Assembly (NCBI GenBank): GCA_965112155.1
Contig: OZ218111.1
Reading direction: 5' to 3' (one strand)
From: Podarcis liolepis
Lineage: Eukaryota
DNA: 64,000 nt
Shown piece by piece: positions 49,358 to 61,400 of the stretch; position 1 is the stretch's first letter, and every line of letters begins with the position of its first letter. A program made the translations under genes and the position numbers. The notes under the pieces are model-generated. The model searched no databases, was not told the origin of the DNA, and worked only from the letters and a program-made list of their open reading frames with translations.

Positions 49358-49424
49358 GGCTGGTAGTGTAGGACGTCGCCCTTCCTTCCCGGAACCCCCA
49401 ACAGCGAACGCTGTTGCTGCCGGG

Positions 49425-49560
49425 ACAGCCCGGAAGTGGACCTGCTGCCATGACAACGCGGCCCAGCCGGCTTCCGTTCGCGCCCTCGTCCGCTCTTATT
49501 ATTGTTCCGACTCCCCCATTTTTCCTCGTTGAGGTGGTGGGGAAACTTCTCATTGGCTGC
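49425..49560 (-). promoter_or_regulatory. VPS33B CpG-island promoter with ETS (CCGGAAGT), X-box-like and CCAAT motifs
   Basis: ccggaagtg at about 49430, gctgccatgacaac at 49444-49457 and attgg at about 49552. Confidence 0.5.
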
Positions 49561-50668
49561 CCGGTGATGCTGGGAGGGCAGAGCCAACCGCGGCCGCATT
49601 TGTTTCCCTGCTAAGAGTGAACGCTACTTGCCTTCCTCGCAGCAGGCTGCTTCGGTGCATACTGCCCCATCCCTGGGGGAGGGGGGCTGCCCCCCCAACC
49701 CAGCCAGCTCCCTTCCTAGGCGAGCGTTCACCTCTCGGAGATCTCTCCCCTCCTTAGTCCCAAAGCAAACTGTGACCACCCTTGGGGCAGTTTCCTTTTC
49801 TAACGTTGTCAGGCCAGCCACTTCATTGCTGCATTAATGCCTGGTCAGCTCCATGAGCCCAAGGAGAATAGCATTATCATCTGGAGAAACTTTGTTTTGG
49901 TGATTTATACCAGGGGCAGCACTCCCACTCACCCCATCCTTGAAGCTGGAAACCCTCCCTCTACCCCTCACCGATAGCCAGGGAATAAACCCACCTCCTT
50001 GCAAGTTTTATAGACTGATGCCAATGCGGAGTCACAACTTGCTCAAGGCTTTTATTGAGAACCACTCTCAACATACATGCTTTTGCTATCCAGCCAAGCA
50101 AAGTGGGTGGGTGAGAGAAGTAAGATCCTGGGAACGGAGACACTCCATTATGCTCCAGGAACCATAGTGCAATGTGATCTTCTGTAGATGCCCATAATGA
50201 GCTGAGAGAAGAAGGATGCTGTGCTTGAACTGCAGGTGTGAGAGAGTTCTTTGTAGTCCTGCCCTCCAAAGGTGCTGCAATAGCCAGGCCACGTGGGGAA
50301 AGGAGTAGGCCAAGTGGTACCCTTAGGTTGCCTTCTTCTTTATTTGCAGAGACTGGGGGTGGGGGTGGGGGGCAGAGAAAGAAGTGAGCTACTTTCATCC
50401 TCTCCCCTTGTATGCCATAATGTCTACACTTGTTCCAGAGGATGGATAAGGCATCTGGCGAGGTTGCCTTGTTTCCAGCATACTTTCAGAGTATTCCAAA
50501 TATATGTAGAGGGCATCACTTTACACTGAGAGTACCTAGTGAGGCAGGATAAGAGTAAGTGGGACCGCAGACAAATTGGCGAAATTCTTCTCCATTTTTT
50601 ACCTAGTAGCTCAGCAAGCTTTGTGGCCTCCTTTCCCTTCCAGTGGATTTGGCTGCAGCTTAGCCATG

Positions 50669-52203
50669 TCACTCAGGTAGCCCTCTGGCTTTAAACAGCA
50701 GCCACAATTTTTCCTCCAACACCGGGTTTGTCCCACGCAAGCCCGTCACTACCTTCGAAGCCCAGTGGAAGTACTCCTGGACTCGGTTCTCGGACCAGCC
50801 TGGCCAAAGAGAGACAAACCCACAAGTCAGAAATTCACACTTGCATCCATACACAAGCCTGACTACTGCTTTGCCACACACTGTGACAGCTGGACTTGCT
50901 TTGCTACTTTAAGGAGGGGATCAGAGCCGCTCAAGAAGTGGGGTGGAGACTGTGTGATCTCCCTGACCTGTTCCACAACAGCATTGATGTCTACTAGCTA
51001 AACCTGTTCTCATAGGTGCTTGACTCTTCAGTTGACAGCAGTGCTCACCAGAGACTAATTTGGGAAAAGCTACATGACTTTGCTATTTGAACTCATTTTT
51101 GTGTGTGGCCGGAACTGTGTACAGCATAGGAAGGTTTTGTATTATGTTTTGTCCAAGCTGAATATTTTAAAATGCTGTACTAGATCCTGCCCCCACCAGA
51201 TTATAGATACAGAGCAGAAGTCTTAATAAATTAGTTATTGAGCTCCTGTTCTGTAACACAGAAAAGGACAGCAAGGATCCTGCCATCCCATGCCAGCTAC
51301 TCCCCCTCCTTTCAGAAGGGCTACCCAAGGTGGCTGGCCAGAGACGGACCTCGGGGTGTGCAGCGGTTGAGATCTCGCAGGTTGTACAGCTTGTCTGCCA
51401 GTTTCACCAGCTTGGCCTCTCGGCTGCTCTGAGCAGCATGTTCAATCTGCAGCCGCTTGCGCTCCTTCTTGACCAAAGTCTTGTCATCCGTCACTTCCTC
51501 CACAATTCGCCTCACTTCCTCCCCGAAGTGCTCCTCGATCTCTGAGAAGGTGGTGTCTGTGTCTTCAACAGTGTCATGGAGGAGAGCAGCCTGGAAATAG
51601 GAGGTTCTTGATGCTCAGTTTCTAAAGGACTTTGATCCCCAACACCCTGCCCTCTTCTTTGAAGTACTTTTCTGCAGGAATGCAAAGCTATTCACACATG
51701 CTTAATGGCACACTTATTATGAGTTTTCCAGGCTAAGCCTTGCATCGCTGTGCTTGGAAGCTTTAAACTAGGACAGGGAAAATATCAGGGAGGGAGAGGG
51801 GGTGCCCTTACCTGTAGTATTGCAATTTCCGTTATTCCAGCTTCCTGTGCCAGTATCTGGGCTACACCTGTGGGGGGGGGTTAGACAGAGGGGCAGTACT
51901 TAGCTTCTAAAAGGAATAAGAGAATTGTAGAAATGGAAGGGATCACGAGGGCCATCTAGTCCAACCCCCTGCAATGCAGGAATCTCAACTAATGCATCCA
52001 CGACAGATGATGAACTGGAAGTGTAGCCCCCGTCCCCACTGCATTGCGGAAGAAAGCGCACACTGCACATGCTCAGGAGACTGCTCACCGATGGGGTGGT
52101 TGATGTACGGCGTGCCTTCCGGGTCTTTGCGGCGCTGCGCCGCGTGCTTCCGTGCCGCGAAGTCCGCGGCGTCCAGCAGGCGCACCGCGTCCGGGGCACT
52201 CAT
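50669..52203 (-). CDS. HDDC3: HD domain-containing protein 3 / MESH1 (ppGpp hydrolase-like, NADPH phosphatase), 4 exons
   Basis: Minus-strand exons 52203-52089 ([26 protein letters not shown]), 51867-51812, 51590-51350 ([32 protein letters not shown]) and 50799-50669 ([14 protein letters not shown]). Confidence 0.97.
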
Positions 52204-53477
52204 GGCCACCGCCGGGGAAACGGTTGCTCTCCCCAGATGCAAAGCGCAGGCGGCCTAATGCCCAAGAGCACGCGGGGCGGGCAGGCACTCCGGTAGCCCT
52301 TTTGCAAAGGCGATGGAGGGCGGGCGGTGGGCTGGTTTGGCTGGGAAAGGAAAGGGCTGCCAACGGGATGGAAAGGCCCCTTCCGGGTTCTTTTACCGCC
52401 GTCGCCTCCGCAGGGGTGGAAATGAGACGCAGAGGAAACAGTGGCATCAGCTGGACAATTGATCTCCCCCACCGCTCTCAACCAAATGGTAGCAGCCAGG
52501 AAAGGACTATTAAATCCAATACGTGCTTCGACCTAGGCAGGGAAATCTAGGCTTAGTTGTTTTAAAAGGGGCGTGCAGATTGAAGGGGGTTTGTGCAAAC
52601 TTGACTGCAGCAGCACGCGGCCATTTTTTGCAATTAAGATAATCCCCAACTGCTCCCCTATCTTTAAGCAGCTCTGTTTCTCTATGCACCTGGGAAATGA
52701 GGTGGGAAGGGTAGCATTGAGGATAAATCACCCTACTCTCCGTGTTGCTATCAAGTACACAACCTACATTAAACCAGAATTTCCATTAAAAAACACAATC
52801 ACCATCATGTATACTTGGAGCCTCAGAGTTGTTAAATGTGGCTTTAAAATGCTGTGGTGGACCATAACCGCTGCTCCACATTCCCTTTCAGCTGAGGGTG
52901 TTTTGAATGCCCTGCAAAAGGCCTGGACCCCAAAGGCCAGTCTTCCCCAAACCTCTGTCTTGGCTACCTACAGTAATAGGTCTTTTATTGACTCAGCCTG
53001 CAGCCACACTGTTCTTTTGTTCTCTACAAAGTGTAAAACGAACAAAGGCATCACAGAAACAGGGCAATGTATGCAACTCTAGCCCTGGTAGTATGTTTGG
53101 GTCATGCTATTCAACAGATGGACATAAGGCTGACTGATACTGACAAGACTAGTTGAAACAAAATAAAAAAAATCCATGCACCTGAAAGCTCATACCAATA
53201 ACTAACTTAGTTGGTCTCTAAGGTGCTACTGAAGTAGGTTCATCTAGCAGGTAGCATCTCCAACAGGCAGCCCATTTTTCCAGATCTCTGGCAAAATGTA
53301 TTTCCCCTTTAGAGATACAGGAGACTGCATGCAAAGCAACCGCTGCTGTTCTGCTACCAGGTGGTAGCCCTTCCCATCTTGAAAGCAATGAGGGTACCTG
53401 GAGGTTCTGCAACACAAGTTCACTGAAATGAATAAAAGGGCAGAGCCCTTTCACAGACCGACTGCAATAAAGCCTCA

Positions 53478-53800
53478 GAGGTAAAGATAAAGGGACCCCT
53501 GACCGTTAAGTCCAGTTGCAGACGACTCTGGGGTTGCGGCGCTCACCTCGCTTTACTGGCTGAGGAGCCGGTGTTTGTCCGCAGACAGCTTCTGGGTCAT
53601 GTGGCCAGCACACTAAGCCGCTTGTAGTGAACCAGAGCAGCGCACGGAAACACTGTTTACCTTCCTGCCGGAACAGTACCTATTTATCTACTTGCACTTT
53701 GATGTGCTTTCGAACTGCTAGGTTGGCAGGAACAGGGACCAAGCAACGGGAGCTTACCCCTAGACTCTGGTTTAGACCACAGCGCCACGCACGTTCCTTA
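53478..53800 (-). mobile_element. Sauria SINE-like element
   Basis: Typical ggtaaag..gggacccctgacc..aagtccag...gggtcatgtggccagc...gtacctatttatctacttgca...ttcgaactgctaggttggcagg body. 13-bp TSD caataaagcctca at 53465-53477 and 53801-53813. Confidence 0.9.
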
Positions 53801-55839
53801 CAATAAAGCCTCAACCCCCACCCAATTAAAGGGGGGGGAACCTCCTTGCTGCTTTATATAAGAATGCAGTTAACTGCACATTTGTAGAATAAAACAGAAG
53901 CATTAACTTGAAATATTTAAGTATCTTATTACTTAAATAAGGATTTGAGGGTAGAAAAAGCTGTAAGAAATGCTTGGATAACAGAAAAAACTTTTGAGCT
54001 GAGACTGTCTCATATCTTTATTGCTTATAATTCACTCATGAACTTGGAAAGTGTAAAATTATTTTCCTGCTTCCACTTCCATGCCACAGAAGTAGTAAAG
54101 ACTTTTTATGTAGCATATTGGTATCCCATTTTTTCCAGTCCCATGAATTCTTCCTAAGAGCAATGCCAATTCCACAAAGGTGAGCCTTACCCAGTATAGC
54201 TTACTTTCTTTTCCTGGGCTTTTCAGCCTCACTCATCTTCTTCTCTGCTCTGAGGACAGAGGGAAGCAAAGACCATCATGTGCTTCCCATTCACCAGACA
54301 CATGCAGTGGAGCACCCCCCCAGCTTGGCTTCACCTCCTATTGATTAGAATGGGAACTCTGAAACCTCAACTTTAGAAACCTGTAAAAGTATCCCACCAA
54401 GCCAGCAAACGGGAGACCCCTCTGCCTGTAGCACAATCTTTTACATTCTGTAAAAAAAAAAAACAGAAAATTGAGGTTTTGAAGGGTAGAGCACACTCAC
54501 ATCTTCTTCACTCCTCTTACCCTACAGATCTTGCACTTTTATTGATCATCCCAAATCACTGATAGGAGGATCACAAAGTCATTTCCCTCTGACAGCAGGC
54601 ACTTCATGCTCCTCACACAGGAATTCCCTCATGCTCAGGATGAACTGGTTTGGGCTTGTTTGACATGACAGACATGGGTAGGAGCACAGAATATGGATCC
54701 CTCCTATTAGGCTGAGAAGAATTTTATCCATAAAAATCCTTTTAATTGCTTGTGCTGTGTCCTGCCACCAATCCTGCTCAGGTAACTATTTTCATGATCT
54801 GAAGGGCCAAACTGTCACCAAGGAGCAGGGCAGGAGCGTTCTGGCACCCAAATGAGGCCTCAATGCAAGAGCACAGCTTTCACCCAGCTCCAAGTAATTG
54901 GAGGGAGAGGGCAGGCAAGGCACTTCCAAGCCCTGAGCCTATGGGCTACCCTTTCACACACCAGCCACGAGACAGACATTCAAGCAGGGCCTCGCTAGCC
55001 CAGCCTGGTACCCTCCAGATATTTTGGACTATAGCTCCCATCAGCTGTGCTGGCTAGGGCCAACGGGAATCCTGAACACCAGGAGGGCAGCAGTTTAGGA
55101 GGAGCTGAGTGCCCAGGTTAGCTGGGCAGTTTGCTAAGAATTACTTCTCTGGCGCCTGCAAAAAAACCAAACAACAACCTACCAACTTCTACACTAAAAA
55201 AGTAAGTGAGCTTCCCCAACCTGCTTTTCATAGTAGGTGGCTGGGGCTTCCTCTCAAGAAGGGGTAACAGGCATCTGAGGAACTTTAAGAATCCCAAGCT
55301 ATTAATCCCTTCCAAAATGCTTTCAGAAAGGCATGGAGGCTTATCATCATGCACTTGCTTTCATAGGCCTGGGAGACCTTGCTGCTGTTGCTGCAGTCAC
55401 TACTGCTGAGTCCCTGAAGGCCACATGGCTCTTTCTGAGTCTCTCATCTGCATGTGTCCAAGGGAAATTCTAACCACCTGCATCACAGCACTTTGTAAAG
55501 GCAAAACTCAGCAGGACCCTTTATATAAGCCTGGTGTCCACCTCTCAATGCTTGATGATTCTGCTCTGAGCAGACAGAAAAAGCCTAGGCAAGGGTGGTC
55601 CCTTGTACTGCAGGCAGCAGAGTTCTCCTAGCTGCCTGGGAGCAGAATCTGAGCAGGAAGTCCCCTGAAGGGCCAGCTTTTGACTCTAGTGAGGAGGGGC
55701 GCCACAACACTTTCCACAACAGGACCCCACCCCCTTTTTAGGAGCTGGGTGTGGCCATTTTAGCTACAGGGACAATCCAGACAAGGTATTGCCCTTGACA
55801 TGCAAAAAGAGGCCAGTGCCTTCCAGCACTGCCAGATGC

Positions 55840-56856
55840 TCAGGCCTGCTGGGTTTGGGGAAGCCTGTAGAGGAAGTTCCCATCGCTGTCGAAGAACTCT
55901 CGGCCCTTCTGCACGACTTTCAGCTGGGACTCCCAGGTGCCCTCAGCCACCATCGCTTCCAGCTCCGCCGGGCTCGGCCCCCGCCAACCCCGACCTTCCT
56001 CCTCCTCGTCTTCTTCCTCCTCCTGCTGCTGCTTTTGTTGCTGCTTCTCCGGCGCAGAGGGGCCCCCACGTGCCGCCCTGGGGGCGACTGGCCGGGAGAG
56101 CGCCGCCGCAGCGCCAGGGGCGGGAAGTAGACGGCCGGCGGCCTCGGTGGCAACGACGATCCTGGGGCGGGCGCTGCTTTCGGGGGTCGAGGCCACAGCG
56201 GCGGCAGCCTTGGCATCTTGCTTAACGCTCCGCTCCTGTGAAGGGGAGAAGCGGCTCCGGAGGACTCGAAGGACGACCCCGGGTTCCACCTGGAAGCTCC
56301 GCGCCAGGCGGGAGACGGGCCACTCCGGCAGCTCCTGGCTCAGGTACCTGGCGCAAAAAGGAGAAAGAGAAGTTGCAGGGGCGCGTTGGAGAAGCGTCGC
56401 CCGCGCCCCGCTTGGGGCGGAGAGAGAGAGAGAGAGGCGGCTCGTCGCGAGCTGCCGTCGGGGCTCCCCTTCCTCCTACTACTCCTCCTCCTCCTCCTCC
56501 GCCACGTTCCCTGCGGTCGACCTCCCTGGCCTCCGCTCTTACCGGATCTGCTCCATGGCCTGGCGGGTCAAGGTGCGCTCAGGGGGCCCGCGCGGTTCCA
56601 TAAGCCTCTGCATTTTTCGCAGGCGGATCGCCTTCTCCTGGCGCTTCAGCAACCTGTCGGCGGGGAGAGAGAGAGATGAGCGTCTTGGGCAGGCGAGCTC
56701 CTGGGCCAGGGAGGGAAGCTGTCGAGGGATCGGGCCCTACCTCTCCACCTCCTGCTCCACCTCCGGCTGCTCCTCGGGCAGTTTGCCTTCTGCCTCTCTC
56801 GCCGCCAGCCGAGCAGCCACCCGCCTCAGACCCACCAAGCGTCCAGACCCGACCAT
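55840..56856 (-). CDS. NGRN: Neugrin (mitochondrial ribosome assembly factor), 3 exons, about 244 aa
   Basis: Minus-strand exons 56856-56741, 56653-56543 (RQEKAIRLRKMQRLMEPRGPPERTLTRQAMEQIR) and 56347-55840 (YLSQELPEWPVSRLA..., C-terminal VVQKGREFFDSDGNFLYRL). An in-frame stop lies just upstream of the ATG. Confidence 0.93.
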
Positions 56857-58414
56857 TGTAGCTCAGAGGAAAGAGGCTGGCGAGGCCGCGCTGCCTAGGA
56901 GCACGTGGGGGCGGGGCGGGCTCTTCCGGAAGGCGGGCGCAATCCGGAACGGGCGCCACGGAGGCCGAGCTTAGCCCATCTGAGTTTCAGTAGGAAAAGC
57001 GCGCCTCAGAGGTAATGGCCTGATGCAGAATTCCTGCAGTTCAGTGTTGTCTACACAGACTGGCAGCGGCTCTTCAGGAGAGTCTTTCACTGAATATACC
57101 TAGGACTTGCTGCATGCAAACTGGATACTCTACCCCTAAAATAAGGTCCATCCCGTTTTCCCCCTGTAAACCTTGTGGGCCTGGAGGCTTATGCTTTCCA
57201 TCCCACCCAGGAGGCTAGCCCTGGGTGGGGTAGGGTCTGCCACAGTTTGCCTAGAAGTAAATAGTAGAGCCCCCATCCATGGGCACAGCCAGGATTTATG
57301 GGGGGGGGAGAGAACCGAGCTATCTGTGATACGATTGGTCAGTTAAGTATTTTTATTTATTTACTTGATTTAGGGGGCAGCTGCTCCCCTGTCTACACCC
57401 ATGGCCCCCTTTGCATCCCTTTCACTGAAATTCAAGTATGATGAAGGGCAAAGAACAATGAATTCTTTGTATTCCTCTGCCTCTTTGAAGAGCTTGCTGG
57501 ATCTACCCACCATCCTGTTCCCACAGTGGCCAAACAGATGCCTTCATGGTAAACCTGCAAGCTGGATCTGAGCTCAAGAGCCCTCTCCCCTCCTGTGGTT
57601 TCAGCAGTTGGTATTCAGAAGCATTGCTGCCTCCAACTATGGCTGCAGAGCATAGGCACTGTGGCTAGTAGCCATTGATAGTCCTCTCCTCCATGAATTT
57701 GTTTAATCCTCTTTTAAAGCCATCAAATTCAGTTGCCATCAGTGCTTCCTGCGGGAGGGAGTGCCATAGTTTTAACTCTGCACTGTGTGCTGGACATCCT
57801 TTTATCTTCCAACATTCAGCTTCATTGGGTGTCTGCAAGCTCTAGTGCTATGAGAGACGGATAAAAACTTTTTTGGGGGTAAGGAGGTCCCTGTTCCTGC
57901 TCCCAGCAAAGACGGTAGCTGCTGGGAGAACAAGATGCTGTGCTTTGAGAGTCAAAGGAGAGAGAGAGACCCCAGATTGTATAACCGTATAAAACTTTAA
58001 TACAAAGTCGGTTACAAAAGAAACTCCATTCCTAGCCCATAGTGCTCTTCAGGATTGGGACCTGGCCTTTGGCAGGCTGACTGGCATTGGCGGCAGGGGA
58101 GTTGGCATGAAGTGGGGGCATGGCCAAAGATGTCTAATACTGTTATTAGAATTTGTTGCTGCTGCTTTGGAGTGGGGAAAGGGGGAAATGAATTTGGCAT
58201 GGAGGAGTAGGTTGGCAAGGGGCTCCTGGACAACTGCCTGGCTGGGGTGGATGTGTTGTGCCCAGGGCCATGGCACCAGACCACTGCTGCTGCTGCCACT
58301 GCCTCCACAGGGCAGGGGCTTCACTTCCTCTACTGCCCCTCTTGGCACAGGCCGCAGCAGCAAAGTCCCCCAGCTCTTCTGGCTCCTGGATTGCTGTTCC
58401 GCCAAGAGGTCAAG

Positions 58415-61400
58415 TCAAGTGCCTTTCCTGGGGAGGAGAAAGACAAAGAGATCATGAGGAAGTTTGGCTGGAGGACCTTCTTAACAGGGTCCATCCTGCT
58501 GCTGCCTGAGCGGACCTAGGATGAGGAGGCTACCTGGGCTGGTTGAGATGCAGAGTGGCCATGTTGCTGGAGCGGTGTGGGCTGGTGCGCCGGATGAGTG
58601 GAGCAGACGCAGAATTGATGGCCAGTCCATGCAGGTCAGTGCGGTTTAGCGGAGCTGCCGCAGAGGGGAAGGGATAGCTGCTGTACATGTGGCTGGTAGC
58701 TTTGCCACCGTGTGACAGGCAGTTCAGGGAACCGGAGCTCATGTACAGGGGCCGCTTGCTTGCAGGGCTGCCTGAAAGAGGAGGAGGAGAGAGGCATGGG
58801 TGGCCGGGTTCCATGCCTGTAGGGCAAGCAACATGCTGGGGGAGGGAGGAGGAGGTGGTGGTGCTGAAGAAGACCGCCTGTGCTCCCTGCTCCTCAGTGG
58901 TCTGGCTGCCCCTTGGCACCACTGCTGGACACACCTGCCAAGATACTTGCTTGCCCTGTCTCCACTGCAGGCTGTGGCCCTCATGTTGCCCCTGTTCCCG
59001 AGTCTTGGGGTTCCTGAGCACGCAGACAGGGAAAGGTTACATTTCCTGGTGTCTCAACCCTCCTGCTGCTGCTGGCAGTGGTCGTGGAGCAACTGGGGCA
59101 GCACCAGAGGACCACAAGGCTCTGACCCACAATACTCACCAACTTCCAGCTTGTTCTTGGCGCTGCCAAACCGGCGCCCTCCTGCCTTCAGCATCCGGGC
59201 CAGAGAACCCGGCTCGCCCACCATGGCCGCACCCAACCAGCTCATGTTCTTGGGGGGCTGGATGTGGAGCTGCGGCTTGAAGTGTGTGGAATAGGACTCA
59301 TGGGAAGACGAGCCCAAGCCCGACAGGGCACCCAAAATGGTTGGGATGAAGCCTTGGTTTCCCAGTAGTTGGACACGGGCTGTGGGCTGCTGCTGCATGA
59401 TCTGCTGGCCCAGCTCCTGGACGGAGCCCCCTAGGAGGGAGAGGGGGACGAGGGTCATCAGATTCTGTGGCTCTCGGTTATTAAACATGTCCTGGAGAAA
59501 GTGAGGCTGGAAGAAAAAAGCAGCAGGGTGAGGCTTGGAAAGGGGACCCCACAGGAGTCACCTGTGGCTGCTGTCAGGTTTTGAGGTGTCCCCTCCCACA
59601 CTGACCGCTTCTTTACAAAGACCCACATAGCACATCCAAAGGGAATGGCAGGCATCCACTCCCCATTGGTCATGTTTCCCCAAACCAGCCATTAAACATT
59701 TTCGTAGCCTTGGTAAGGCACAACAGTTGGCCCTTTCAGACTAGTCAGAAGGATTTCTGCTTTGCAGGCAGAGAACAAAGCCGGAGAGCAAGGCAGGCTG
59801 ATTGCAAGGCAGGAACAGGAACCCAGCTCCCTCCAAAGCCAGGGAACAATGTTTGTTCCAACCCTCCTCCTTTTCTGGAGAGAGATCTCCTCCAAGACTT
59901 TCCACCCAGTGTGTGTTTTGGGGTCTGGAAACAGCACCTGCATACCTGGCTTTCTGAGATGTTAATGTGTGGCCTCTGGACCTCCACAGGCTTGGGTTCC
60001 GTGTTGCGGAGCAGGCGTGTCAGCTGGTCGACGATGCCCAGCCCTCGGATGAGGTTCTCCCTCCGTAGGAGGGCTTTGACCCTCTCCACTTCCTCTTCCT
60101 CCACAATGGCCTGGGGGGTCATGCTGTCATATGGTATGGAGGATAACTAGGGAAAAAGGCAGCCTGGGTCAGACTTGAGAAGAGGAGCTGGGCTCATTTT
60201 AGATATTTAGATCCTCAATAGCTCACCAAGCAGCTTACAGAAAACAAAACAACACACCTCCTCCTCCACATAAGAAGCAAAACCAGATCTAATTCGGTAA
60301 GGCCAAGATTGAGGACGCTGTGTTCCAGCTTTAGCCCCCAGATCTTGTTTTGCCCTGCAGCTTGTATCCCACAGAGCCCTCTGACCAGCTCCTCTGCAGC
60401 CATGCCAGACAAAGCACAAGGCCCGCCCTCATCGCCAGGTCTGGCGGGACTCAGGCTCTTTCAAGCTCTAGGTTGCCCAAAGGCAAAAAATGACCCTTCT
60501 GCAATTGCACTGCATGTGGAAAGCCACTGGCTTCCTCAGAACTGCAAACTTAGTTCCAGCAAAAAGAGGCTGCTTGCATTTATGGCTGAATATATGAGGG
60601 CAATAGCTATGGAAAGGAGCAGGGAGGCTGGGGTGGGACTATGAGATCTCTCACTTTTCCCTGGGGCAGGCAGAAGATTTAAACCATGCAAGTTAAAAAA
60701 AAAGAAACATTCACCAGGCTCCTAAAGTAGAATAGTTCCATCTCTAGGTGCAGCAGCTGGCCTTAAAAGTCCTTCCTCCTCCCTGGTGTTAGAAGAGGGA
60801 GGGACTCAAGAGCTGCTCCTCACTCCCCCATGAGGTACCTTTGGGTTCCAGGTCTTGCTGTGGCTGTAGGCTATGCGAGTTAGGGCTGGCTTGCCCTTCC
60901 CCTTCTCCCCTGCTGACTCCCCCTGCAAGTTCTCCTTCACATCCCTCTTCTTCTTCGCAGCTGTACTCTCCCTCTGCTCCTGCTTCTGGCGAATCTCCTC
61001 CAGCTGTTGCCTGACAGAAGACACAAGACATTGTGTGTGGGTGTGTCATCCTTTTGCATGTCCATGTGTGTGTACATGCAAGGACTAGGCCTGGCTCAGC
61101 CTGCCCTGTGAGGAATGGCTTCCCCTTGCCCTACCTGGCACACTCTTCCCTGGCCTTGGAGGCCACAGTCTCTTGGAAGAGGGATCCACTGTGCTTGAAG
61201 AAGGGGTTGTACTTCTCTGTGCCCCGTGATGGGAAGATCTTTCGGTAGCCACCCAGGTGGCTGCTCTCGTACTTCTCGGCCTGGGCCAACCAGGCGGCCT
61301 GACTGCTCTCCAACTGCTCCCGCCTGCAGATTGAGAGAGTTCAGGCTGGGGCCCCGGCAGCAGAGAAATCCTAGGTTTTGCCGGGGAGGGAGAGACTAAT

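Noticed and set aside
50669-52203. SpoT-like HD hydrolase as bacterial horizontal transfer or contamination
   Set aside because: It has spliceosomal introns and is the well-known metazoan MESH1/HDDC3.
54153-54204. Splice from donor 54205 to acceptor 54153 giving a terminal coding exon
   Set aside because: The intron would be only 51 nt, below the usual vertebrate minimum.
55937-56974. 345-aa plus-strand ORF, the longest in the track
   Set aside because: It is the antisense shadow of the very GC-rich NGRN gene, low-complexity Ser/Arg/Ala, with no recognisable domain.
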